Below, piece after piece: positions 12,337-23,504 of a DNA stretch of 55,308 nucleotides; position 1 is the stretch's first letter, and each line of letters begins with the position of its first letter. Source of the DNA: Octopus bimaculoides. Its lineage: Eukaryota. The stretch spans positions 15,683,900 to 15,739,207 of the forward strand of contig NC_068993.1 in the NCBI RefSeq assembly GCF_001194135.2, given 5' to 3'. Both the position numbers and the translations under genes were made by a program. The notes beneath the pieces are model-generated. The model searched no databases and had not been told where the DNA came from. It worked only from the letters and a program-made list of their open reading frames with translations.

Positions 12337-13107
12337 AGTTTGAAAGGAATATACGAGTTCATATGTATAAGGAAAATAAGACAAGGTAGAAAATGCTAAA
12401 ATGATTTCATCTTGAAGAACATTTTAGTACCGGTTTCAATGTTTGTGATTTTTTTCAACTTAGAGTAAAGCATGAAAAACAATTAAATGAAATGTTTTTT
12501 TTTTAATATTTCCATAGTTTTCAAATGCAAGGGGCATTTTCCATTTTTGGCCTGTCTTTGTCTCTCTTTTGTACTCATTTTTACTCAATATATATATTTA
12601 TATATATATGTANNNNNNNNNNNNNNNNNNNNNNNNNNNNNNNNNNNNNNNNNNNNNNNNNNNNNNNNNNNNNNNNNNNNNNNNNNNNNNNNNNNNNNNN
12701 NNNNNNNNNNNNNNNNNNNNNNNNNNNNNNNNNNNNNNNNNNNNNNNNNNNNNNNNNNNNNNNNNNNNNNNNNNNNNNNNNNNNNNNNNNNNNNNNNNNN
12801 NNNNNNNNNNNNNNNNNNNNNNNNNNNNNNNNNNNNNNNNNNNNNNNNNNNNNNNNNNNNNNNNNNNNNNNNNNNNNNNNNNNNNNNNNNNNNNNNNNNN
12901 NNNNNNNNNNNNNNNNNNNNNNNNNNNNNNNNNNNNNNNNNNNNNNNNNNNNNNNNNNNNNNNNNNNNNNNNNNNNNNNNNNNNNNNNNNNNNNNNNNNN
13001 NNNNNNNNNNNNNNNNNNNNNNNNNNNNNNNNNNNNNNNNNNNNNNNNNNNNNNNNNNNNNNNNNNNNNNNNNNNNNNNNNNNNNNNNNNNNNNNNNNNN
13101 NNNNNNN

Positions 13108-13149
<42 letters not shown>

Positions 13150-13843
13150 GTAAACCCACTCAAACACTCTTTAGAGAAGAGGTGTCTGCATTTTAAACAC
13201 CTCCCTTCCTCCTACCTCCAATCTCTTTCTCAGTCTCTTTCCGTCTCTTTTCACTCTGTGTTTATTCCTGAATCTACGCACACATACGCACACATACGCA
13301 CACATATACAGTCCCTCACACATACACACACATATACCCCCACCACTATCTCTTGCCGTCTTTCATTTGTCCCCTTTCATTTCCCTCATTATTATTATTT
13401 TCAATATTATTATTTCCATCATCATCATCGTCCTCATCCTCATCATCATCATCGTCATCATCATCGTCATCATCATCATCATCATCGTCATCATCATCAT
13501 CATTTTATATCCCTGTTATACACATTCCTCTGCTCCTCTTACCGCCGCCCACACACACACACACCCGCATACATTAACACCAAGCATGTCCTCACAAGCA
13601 GAGTCACTAAAAAATTCGCACACACAGACACACGCACGCATAAACACGCGCACATGCCTAAACGTACACACATGCACACACGCACACGTATACATAGAAA
13701 AGAAGTACTATATACCCTGTCACAATGAATCCCACAAGCGTACACAAAAAAACCCTCTAACACAGACATTTTCGAAAACCCCACGTTTACACATACACAT
13801 TCAACTAAATATACGTACATAGACATACAGACACACACGCAGC

Positions 13844-13930
<87 letters not shown>

Positions 13931-14672
13931 ACAAACTCTCACACACACATACACACAACCAAATACACGTAGTCACAGACATTCATGCAGTGAAGGACAC
14001 ATGCACACAGAGCCAAATACACACACGCAATTCACACACGCGCAAGGCCATACACACGCACGCAGCAGCCAACACATACACACACACACATACGCACACG
14101 CAGGTACGTACACACAAAAACATACGTACACCAGCATAAGTTCACACACACATTCGTGTACATATACCCACACACACTCACACAAACAAACGCAACTAAA
14201 CGCACACACGCGTGCGCCCCCGCGGAGCCAAATGCACACACGCAAACTTAGACTCGCGCACGCAGCCAAACGCACACACACACACACACATACCCTCACA
14301 CAAACGCACACAGTTACTCACATGCATATACTCAACAAAACACTCACAGGCGCAACCTACTACAAACACACATACACATATACATACACATACACACGCA
14401 TGTAGTCATATACACATACGCATCAAAATACAAAGATATGCATATACATACATATCAGGAAAAGCGCACAAAAACCAAAGCATACGCACATACACACACA
14501 CACACACATGCACACACACACACACACACACATACATACATACATACATACATACATACATTTAAATACAAACACACAGATACAGTCTTTCATTGTATTT
14601 ATTTAATAAATTGATTTTCACCCCCAAAACTTTGATTCCAAGTAAGTCTGGTACAAGAACGGAGAATTCGGA

Positions 14673-15156
14673 TCCAGCGACTATGAAGTGACTCATGACT
14701 CGCTTCCTTATTTGTTTACTATTTCCAGCAGGTCCATGGGCTTCGAAGTGACTCATGATTCGCTTCCTAACTTGATTTTCATGACTCGCTTCCTAATTTG
14801 TTTACTAATTCCAGCAGGTCCAGCGACTATGAAGTGACTCATGACTCGCTTCCTAACTTGCTTATTATTTCCAGCTGGTCCAGTGACTATGAAGTGACTC
14901 ATAACTCGCTTCCTCTTTTGTTTACTATTACTAGCTGGTCCAGCGACTATTAAGTGACTCATGACTCGCTTTCTTATTTGTTTACTATTTCCAGCAGGTC
15001 CATGAACTACGAGTGACTCATAACTTGCTCTTTCTAATTTGTTTACTGTTCCCAGCTCGTCCACATACTACAAAGTGACTCACGACTCGCCTTCTAGTTT
15101 GGTTACTACTTCTTTCGGGTCCAGTTCCTATGAAGTCACGTCATGACTCGTTTTCT
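14673..15156. repeat. 60-bp minisatellite array (about 8.5 units) carrying TGACTCA sites
   Basis: Unit CCAGCGACTATGAAGTGACTCATGACTCGCTTCCTAATTTGTTTACTATTTCCAGCAGGT; exact 60-bp period visible at 14820-14999. Confidence 0.95.
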
Positions 15157-15545
15157 GGCGCGGAAAGAAATCGATATTTTGAATGACAGAAGCGATAGAA
15201 CTTCTGATAAAATGATTCGAGTTTTTACCTTCATCTCTTAAGGTTGTACTTTTAAATCGCTCAGGTGTCGTGTTTGTTTTCATCCTTCTAGCTTCCATGC
15301 ATTAAATGCCAGATACATTTGTGTCAAAAGTCTATTATTTTTCTAGTTACGATGTTTTAACTGACGTCTTTGTTGCTGTACAATCTTTTAACTGACGTAC
15401 GTGTTGCTCTCGTTGTTGGTATGCTTACAAATGTTAGTTGATATCAGTATTGTTGTTAACGTTGCTGTTGTTAATGGTGGTGGCGTTCATTTTTTTTGCT
15501 GTTGAAGTTGTTGATGTTGTTGTTGTTCTTGTTGATGATGATGAT

Positions 15546-15576
<31 letters not shown>

Positions 15577-15623
15577 GTCATCATCAACTTGTCTTTTTTG
15601 TGAATAATTGTTATGGCTGGCGT

Positions 15624-15712
15624 AGGCGTGGATGCGTGGCAAGAAGTTTGCTTCCCAACCACATAGTTCCAGGTTCAGTCCCTCATCGTGGCATCTTGAG
15701 AAAGTGTCTTTT
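15624..15712 (+). mobile_element. SINE family C head fragment
   Basis: GGCGTAGGCGTGGATGCGTGGCAAGAAGTTTGCTTCCCAACCACATAGTTCCAGGTTCAGTCCC. Confidence 0.75.
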
Positions 15713-15715
15713 AAA

Positions 15716-16098
15716 GTGGAGGGGCATTGGCCCAGTGGTTAGGACAGCGGACTCGCGGTCGTAGGATCGCGGTTTCGATTCCAAGACCGGGCGTTGTGAG
15801 TGTTTATTGCGAGAAAACACCTAGAGCTCCACGAGGCTCCGGCAAGGGGTGGTGGCGAACCCTGCTGTACTCTTTCAGCACAACTTCCTCTCTCTCTCTA
15901 CCTTCCTGTTTCTGTTGTACCTGTATTTCAAAGGGCCAGCCTTGTCACGCTGTCTGTCATGCTGAATCTCCCCGAGAACTACGTTAAGGGCACACGATTC
16001 TGTGGAGTGCTCAGCCATTTGCACGTTAATTTCACGAGCAGGCTGTTCCGTTGATCGGATCAACTGGAATCCTCGTCGTCGTAACCGACGGAGTGCCA
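15716..16098 (+). mobile_element. SINE family A, full length
   Basis: tRNA-like head (TGGCCCAGTGG A box, GGTTTCGATTCC B box), conserved body ending TTCACGAGCAGG, tail ...GTAACCGACGGAGTGCCA. Confidence 0.92.
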
Positions 16099-16638
16099 TG
16101 GCTATTTTAGTTCATGCAGTCGATATTGTATATGTTGCAACTGACGTTTTGGTTTTTATTTATGTATGCAGACACAGTATGACTGAATGGTTAATAAATT
16201 CACTTTGCAATCACGTGGTCTTGGATTCGATCCCACAAAGAGGCATTTTGAGACAAGTGTTTCTTTTTTTTTTTTCCTGATCATGGCGACCAAATTTTCT
16301 GAGTGAAATTAGGCGGACGAAATCTATGAAAGCCTATCAGACACAGCCGAGTAAGGAACGGTGGGACGGTTTGCTTCGGCGACACTTTTGCAGGATTGGC
16401 ACTTTGGGTTTGTTGCCTAAACCTCAGACTGTAAAAGACTCACAAAGTGGCGACAAACTCAAAGGTTAGCCCGGGCGGCACACACTTAAGCAACGTCACT
16501 GCTGTCAGCTGGGTTGTGCTCGTCACTCAGAACTCCAGTTTAACCACACATTCTGCCAAAGTGTTTCGACTAAAGAATTACGTTATAATTACACGCGTCC
16601 GCGAAATAATCAGATATTTGTACGCTAATTCATAAGCC

Positions 16639-17030
16639 GTGGAGGCGCAATGTCCCAGTGGTTAGGGCAGCGGACTCGCGGTCGGAGGATCACGGTTTTG
16701 ATTCCCAGACCGGGCGTTATGTGTGTTTATTGAGCGAAAACACCTACAGCTCCACGAGACTCCGGCAAGGGGTGGTGGCGACCCCTGTTGTACTCTTTCG
16801 CCCCAACTTTTTCTCTTTCTTCCTGTTTCTTGTGTAACACTGCGATGGACTGGCGTCCCGTCCAACTAGGGGGGGGNNNNNNNNNNNNNNNNNNNNNNNN
16901 NNNNNNNNNNNNNNNNNNNNNNNNNNNNNNNNNNNNNNGGGGGGGGGGGGACATACACCATAGAAGCCGGGGAAACCGGGCCCATCAGACTGGCTAGGGT
17001 TTGAAAGGGCTCATAAATAAAAAATAATAA
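16639..17030 (+). mobile_element. SINE with family A head but a different (V-domain-like) 3' half
   Basis: Matches family A to about 16830, then continues CTGCGATGGACTGGCGTCCCGTCCA...GAAACCGGGCCCATC instead of the family A body. Confidence 0.75.
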
Positions 17031-17279
17031 AATTTCATTAGCCATATATACTTTAGTTGATCGAAGAGTGAAGGACTAATAGTATTCTCTTGTGAATGTG
17101 AACTTGGTGATCAGTCTACTGCGTTCCTGAAAGTAATTTTCTCTTCCATGCGTGCGCTCTCGCCCGGATTTTTGTCTAACGGACAGTTTTGCTTTTACTG
17201 TTTGTTGTAACTCGTATCCAAGTAAAATTAATCACTGGAATCTACTGAGTCTATATTTTCTTAGCCATTGTTATTTTTG

Positions 17280-17612
17280 TTGTTATTATTATTATTATTA
17301 TTATTGTGCGGTAGTTTTATTTTTATAACGTGCTTTCATTTCACAACCGAGCGCAGCTGTGTGCCTTGGGTATGTGCTGTGGTTTGCTGTGATGCTCTTA
17401 TGGTTCCTGTATTGAAAGTGTTTTGCGTAGGATGTGTGCAGTGCCCAGTAGTCCAATTTTCTGTATGTTATATATATTTGTAAGTCCTGATGTTTTTTTG
17501 TTATGTATTTGTCTGAATATTATTTTTTTATTATACCTAAGGCACCTACAATGATAGAAATTGTTTCTGTTTTTAGATTCCACATTCGAGCTACCTCTAT
17601 TTCCAGGTCTTT
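17280..17612 (-). mobile_element. R4/NeSL-type LINE 3' end (RLE C-terminus, 3' UTR, (AAT)n tail)
   Basis: KDLEIEVARMWNLKTETISIIVGALGIIKK, frameshift, then KTSGLTNIYNIQKIGLLGTAHILRKTLSIQ; a UTR follows, ending in (AAT)n at 17283-17305. Confidence 0.85.
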
Positions 17613-17659
17613 CGGTGAAGCAACAACTCCAGAAAAGGACCATGAAAACAACGAACTTA

Positions 17660-17795
17660 GCAACTCTGGACCCCTATAACAACTGAAGAGGCCACCCAGA
17701 CACTGCAAAGACTAAGCAACTGGAAGGCACCTGGGCACGACAAGATCCCCAACTTCTGGTTAAAACACCTGACAGGAATGCACAAAAAGCTATTA
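17660..17795 (+). mobile_element. R4/NeSL-type reverse transcriptase N-terminal fragment
   Basis: Translates WTPITTEEATQTLQRLSNWKAPGHDKIPNFWLKHLTGMHKKL, containing the KAPG.D RT domain-0 motif. Confidence 0.8.
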
Positions 17796-17831
17796 TAATT
17801 ATAATTATTATTATTATTATTATTATTATTA

Positions 17832-17995
17832 AAGCGGCGAGGTGGCCGAATCGTTAACACGCCCGGCAAAATACTTAGCAGTATTTCGTTTGCCTTAACT
17901 TTCTGAGTTCAAATTCCACGCTGGGGTCATCCATTCGGGTCGATGTAATTGACTTACTTCCTGAGATTGCTGGCCTTGTGCTAAAATTTGATATC
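17832..17995 (+). mobile_element. SINE family B (internally deleted)
   Basis: AAGCGGCGAGGTGGCCGAATCGTTAACACG...GAGTTCAAATTCC...GGCCTTGTGCTAAAATTTGA. Confidence 0.8.
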
Positions 17996-17999
17996 ATAA

Positions 18000-18490
18000 T
18001 TATCATTGTCATCATAATCCTCATCATTGCCCTGACGGCCTCTACTCCAACCGCTTCCACAATATAAGCACCCACGTCACCGTCGTAGTCATCGTTGCCG
18101 CCCTCTACCTTTCTCCGCCTCTTCCTCCCACCTACTCCTCGTCTCCGTCGTCGTCGCTGTGGTCTCTCACTCTGTTACAGCCAATTGTCATCACTCTCGC
18201 TCACACTATCATTACTATCAGTTCACGACCACCACCACGACCACCACCATCGCCGCCGCAGCCCCATTATCACCAGCATCACCACCTCTGTCATCACTAC
18301 CTCCATCCACTCCCACGACTAGCTTGCACCCATTATTACCAATATCACCACTAATGTCAAGATAGCCACCATCACAATCAATCAATCACTCACCGACGTT
18401 ACCACCACCAACACCACCACCAACACCAATACCAACATCAGCATCAACATCACCAACGGATCCATCCTCGAAATCATCACCACTCACAGA
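18000..18490. repeat. Degenerate CAT/CAC/CGT low-complexity tract
   Basis: Directly visible trinucleotide mosaic. Confidence 0.8.
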
Positions 18491-19134
18491 ACAGCTACTA
18501 AAATTCCCTCATGTACATCTTCACCGCACACACCTTACTTCTTCAGCCTGCCGCCAAACGAAGCGAGCTGATATCATTAATTATGTCCCCTTTCTACGTT
18601 CTTTTCTAAGTTCATTGACATAACAACATGATAATCTGCGCGAGTTTACTGTGTGTATGTGTGTGCGATTGAGTGGTTCTATGTTTTAAGTACATGTATC
18701 TGTCTATCTGTACGTGTGTGTTGGAACTGGATATTATAGATGTGGTTATTGCTAGAAAGAGAGAGAGGGAGATTTTTTAAATTTCAATCCACTGTTTCTT
18801 ATAAAATGATTCATTGATGACGTATCCAATGTACGTATGTTTGCTATCTTCAACAGTATTAATCAGCTGTGAACATTTTGTTTTGTTTTTCTTTCTCTCG
18901 TTACGATTCTTTCTTATTCTGTATTTTTTCACTCATTTCTTTTCTAAGAATTTATATTATATTTTTCTTTCTTTCTGTATTTGTCTGTATTTCTCTATCT
19001 ATCCATCTACTTACCTATCCAAATAGCAAGCTAGCTGTGTGTCTATCTATCTATCAATCTATCTATCTATCTTAGCAGCATGTTTATTCCTTTCTCTTTT
19101 GTTATATCGATTTCATGATATATACATGGATTTG

Positions 19135-19179
<45 letters not shown>

Positions 19180-19421
19180 NNNNNNNNNNNNNNNNNNNNN
19201 NNNNNNNNNNNNNNNNNNNNNNNNNNNNNNNNNNNNNNNNNNNNNNNNNNNNNNNNNNNNNNNNNNNNNNNNNNNNNNNNNNNNNNNNNNNNNNNNNNNN
19301 NNNNNNNNNNNNNNNNNNNNNNNNNNNNNNNNNNNNNNNNNNNNNNNNNNNNNNNNNNNNNNNNNNNNNNNNNNNNNNNNNNNNNNNNNNNNNNNNNNNN
19401 NNNNNNNNNNNNNNNNNNNNN

Positions 19422-19469
<48 letters not shown>

Positions 19470-19623
19470 ACACACACACAAACATACACAAGGTGCGATG
19501 AGCACATTGTCGCTATTTTATATTTTTAATGTCATGCGTGCGTATCGTTTTTATTTTTTTTATTTTTGATACTACACAGTGTACTAGGGTCAGTTGGGCA
19601 CCATCTGTGAGAAAATCACCACC

Positions 19624-20362
19624 ATGACGCAATTCACTCTGCCTGAAATGTGGAAATAACATGTTGTAGTGCTTGGCATTCGAATCGGAAGCTCTAATAC
19701 AAGCATTTCAGAGTGTTTGGGTATGAATCAGAGGGCAGTGCAGAGGATTCGGAAACATTTGGATCAGTTTTATGGAGATTATGAAGATACGGCAGCTCGT
19801 TCTGATAAGAACAGAACTCCTGAATTTGTTGGTGAAATCCAGGCCATGTTTGACAACGATCGCCCTCAAGTCAATCAGGTTTACCGCCAGGTATATGTGA
19901 GCGTCTGAGTTTCTTATCCAGCAGGTAGTGCATGAAGACATTCGATATTGCTCATACAAGATGAGAAAGGGCCAATTTTTATCCGAAGCCATCAAGGACA
20001 AGATAAAAGACCGTGCTACGAAGCTTTTGAACAAACTTAATCATTCCCTCCAACTGAACATGCTTTGGTTTTTCCTAGATGAAAAAAATTTCTACCAGGA
20101 TCAGATGGTGAACATACAGAACAACCGTTGGCTCGCCATGTCCCCAAAACATGTACCGAGAATAATAAAGATCAAACATCCAGTCAACATCATGGTGTTT
20201 GGAATGACCACTAGTGATGGCGACGTTATACCTCCATTCATCTTTCCACATGGCCTCACGCTCAACATGGAGGCCTACATCAACTGCCTAGAGGCGGTAG
20301 TGCTGCCCTGGGTGAAGACGGTGCCTGCTAGAAGGCTCTCTGCCTGGCAACAGGACTCTGCA
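19624..20362 (+). pseudogene. Tc1/mariner-superfamily transposase remnant (maT/DD37D-like, inferred), truncated after the second catalytic Asp
   Basis: MTQFTLPEMWK*HVVVLGIR... then WFFLDEKNF (first D), NIQNNRW, VNIMVFGM, YINCLEAVVLPW, WQQDSA (second D); contains stops and a frameshift. Confidence 0.88.
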
Positions 20363-20416
20363 CTAGGTTACGCGGGAGTAAACATAGCAACACCGGTTTT
20401 CAAGCGATGGTGGGGG
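20363..20416 (-). mobile_element. SINE family C internal fragment abutting the transposase break
   Basis: CTAGGTTACGCGGGAGTAAAC...CGGTTTTCAAGCGATGGTGGGGGAC resembles the family C body. Confidence 0.65.
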
Positions 20417-20615
20417 ACTTGGAACCATAAGGCAGTTATGAGGTTATAATAACATAAATTATTAGGTTAAAACAAAACTTGGACGAAAAAAGTTCCAGTT
20501 GCCTGGACATTTCCATTCAGTACTCAATACGTTAAAATTTATATAACTTTATCTCTGAATTCCACCTTTAAAAACGATCTTTTTCATATTTCACAATATC
20601 TATATGCGCATATGT

Positions 20616-20830
20616 AAGGCGGTGAGCTGACAGAATTCTTAGTACGCGGGCGAAATGCTTACAGACATTTCGCTCGTTTTAACCTTCTGAATTTAAGTTC
20701 CGCGGAGGCCGACTTTACCTTCCATCTCTTTCGGAGAATGATAGAATAAGTACAATTGAGTACTGGGGTCGATGCAATGGACTTATCCCTCTTCCCCAAA
20801 TTTACTGGCCTTGTGCCAAAATTTGAAAGA
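20616..20830 (+). mobile_element. SINE family B
   Basis: AAGGCGGTGAGCTGACAGAAT...TACTGGGGTCGATG...GGCCTTGTGCCAAAATTTGAAA. Confidence 0.85.
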
Positions 20831-21143
20831 ATGAGAGGATTGAGAGAATGAAGGAGATGGAATCCATTCTACATACATTTCGTATCTGGCAGATCCTCAG
20901 AAGTAACAATTGCTGACGAATAGCTAGTGGAGTAGCCCTCGTTGAGTAAGTAATATACTTCCGAGGTTCTGCTAGCTATAAAACGAATGTAACCAGGATT
21001 TTAACTACTCCATTCCTGCAATTTCGATTTTTATTCGCATACATAGCAACTCCAGTTTGCTAACCGAGAACTATAAATTAACTTCTCTCCGCTTATCGAA
21101 CTTCGATATGGGAAAAATTTACAACGTGCTACGCCAATAAAGT

Positions 21144-21227
21144 ACAGTTCTATATTCAAGAGATGAGGAATTATTTATATTATTTACATTATTTACGGAT
21201 ATTTGTCCTCATCTTGTTTGTTAATGG
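21144..21227 (-). mobile_element. 3'-end-only copy of the 41.4-kb hammerhead element, with 9-bp TSD
   Basis: ACAGTTCTATATTCAAGAGATGAGGAATTATTTA...GGATATTTGTCCTCATCTTGTTTGTT matches 41414-41500; CAATAAAGT at 21135-21143 and 21228-21236. Confidence 0.85.
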
Positions 21228-21613
21228 CAATAAAGTTGTTGAGTTCCTGAAACTTGTTTTTTATACCTTCTAGGAACTACTCGAATCCTACTAACTTCCT
21301 ACACATGCATCCCCGGATGTTACATGTATATGACATATATATATGATGTGTGTGTGCGTGTGTGTGCGTGTATGGTTATATGTATTTGTGTGTCTTTGTA
21401 TATTTGGGTGCGTGAAGAAGTGGATCAATTTATGATTTTCCTCCGTTAAAATCTCCGATGCCATTCAGTGCCACTCACTCGATTTCCTTGTTGCTATTTT
21501 CCCTCTGCCTCTTCTGTTCTATACATCCAACTTTTGTTTGTTTCAAGTAATTATGTCATGAATGTACGTCCATATCTATCTGTGCATATCTATATATATA
21601 TATATATATATAT

Positions 21614-21847
21614 ATATGCTTTATTTAAAAGCAGCAGAAATATAACAAAAGACTGTTACTCTGAGTTTAACGTTCCTGTTCATTGGACAGTTTTGTTAGA
21701 AACTGTCCGATGAACGGGAACGTGAAACTCAGAGTAACAGGCTTTTGTTATATTTCTGCTGCTTTTAAATAAAGCATATTACTCTACCTCTGGTATTTGA
21801 GTACTCTTTTTTCCACCTTGTTGCACATTTCATGTGCTTACTCCGGT

Positions 21848-21848
<1 letters not shown>
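21614..21848. mobile_element. Palindromic element (80-bp arms, 6-nt loop, about 68-bp extra tail on the right), Penelope pLTR-like
   Basis: 21614-21693 is the reverse complement of 21700-21779 with 4 mismatches; the right arm continues TTACTCTACCTCTGG...ACTCCGGTA. Confidence 0.8.
21703..21740 (+). ncRNA. Minimal type I hammerhead-like motif (CCGAUGA core variant)
   Basis: Stem I CTGT/ACAG, core CCGATGA, stem II ACG-GGAA-CGT, GAAA, stem III ACT-CAG-AGT, cleavage triplet GTA. Position U4 is C. Confidence 0.6.
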
Positions 21849-21878
<30 letters not shown>

Positions 21879-21890
21879 CATACACACACA

Positions 21891-21958
<68 letters not shown>

Positions 21959-22229
21959 TGTATATATACGTGCACATGGATCTACAAAGATATATATGTA
22001 CATACTTGTATATATGCAAGTATATGTGGTATAAACGCATGTACGCATACATATGTATGTATATAAGTATGTAACATTGTATGTATGTGTGTCTGAATGT
22101 ATGTGTCCTGTCTTTCTGTATTTGGGTTCGCGTGCGCGTCTGTAAAAGATAGGTATGAGTTGTTAACGTCAACAAGACTACAACGTAAACTTCATTATAA
22201 TTTTAAAGAAAAAAAAGAACATGATTTCT

Positions 22230-22252
22230 TCGTTGTTGTTGCTATTATTATT

Positions 22253-22349
<97 letters not shown>

Positions 22350-22403
22350 GTATTATGATTGTTATTATTATTATCATTATTATTATTTTTATTGTTAATA
22401 ATA

Positions 22404-22483
<80 letters not shown>

Positions 22484-22600
22484 GTTATTATTATTATCAT
22501 TATTATTATTTTTATTATTAATAATATCACTATTACTATTATTATTATTATTAGTAGTAGTAGTAGTAGTAGTATTATTATTGTTACTATTATTATCATT
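22230..22600. repeat. (ATT/ATC)n microsatellite with a 123-bp higher-order duplication
   Basis: The pattern GTTATTATTATTATCATTATTATTATTTTTATT recurs at 22361 and 22484. Confidence 0.85.
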
Positions 22601-22710
22601 ATTACAAATAGCAGTAGTCTCAGTAGCTGCAGAATATACTGTAGAAATTGAAGTATGGGTATTATTAGTTATCAAATCATACCCAACTTTTTTTTAATTT
22701 TGTTTTCTTC

Positions 22711-22750
<40 letters not shown>

Positions 22751-23226
22751 TAATGATAATAATGGTAATAATAATAATGTTCGGGTATGTTTTGCTAATA
22801 TATTGACGTGTCTCATTGTCTTTGAAATGTCATCTTGGAAATGAACATTATTTTTATTTCTGTTTCTATCCTGGTATGTTGTTTAGTTCCATTTTAATTA
22901 TCTCCACTAATATCGTCCTTTGGCAGTCGTGTTAAAGATAACGAAGCAAACGGAATAACGGAGATTACAGAGTAAAAGAAAGAGATACAAAAACAGACGG
23001 CCAGCCTACTCTACATTCATACATACATACATGCATACGTGTGTGTGTGTGTATGTATGTGTATGTATGCCTGTGTGTGTGTGTGGTTGGGTGTGTCTGT
23101 GTATGTGCATGTGTGTATACATTTATATATATGTGGGAGGATGTCTGATTATGTTTGAATATTTATATATGTATAAGTGTGTATGTGTGTGCGTGTGCGT
23201 GTATGTGTGCGTGTGCATTTGTGAAC

Positions 23227-23288
<62 letters not shown>

Positions 23289-23414
23289 ATGTTTACATAT
23301 GCATGTTTTGGTAGCTATATGTTTGAACACGAACACATACAGGCATGTATATACATTTATGTACATTAATATGTATGAGTACATATATATGTAAACGCAT
23401 TTATGCATACATAT

Positions 23415-23504
<90 letters not shown>

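Noticed and set aside
14753-15064. 20-aa repeat ORF as a protein gene, or the array as CRISPR
   Set aside because: The units are contiguous with no unique spacers, there are no cas genes, and the DNA is eukaryotic. The ORF lacks independent support.
20930-21130. Possible APE endonuclease remnant (TGVAMYANKN on minus)
   Set aside because: One weak motif only, with no other APE motifs.
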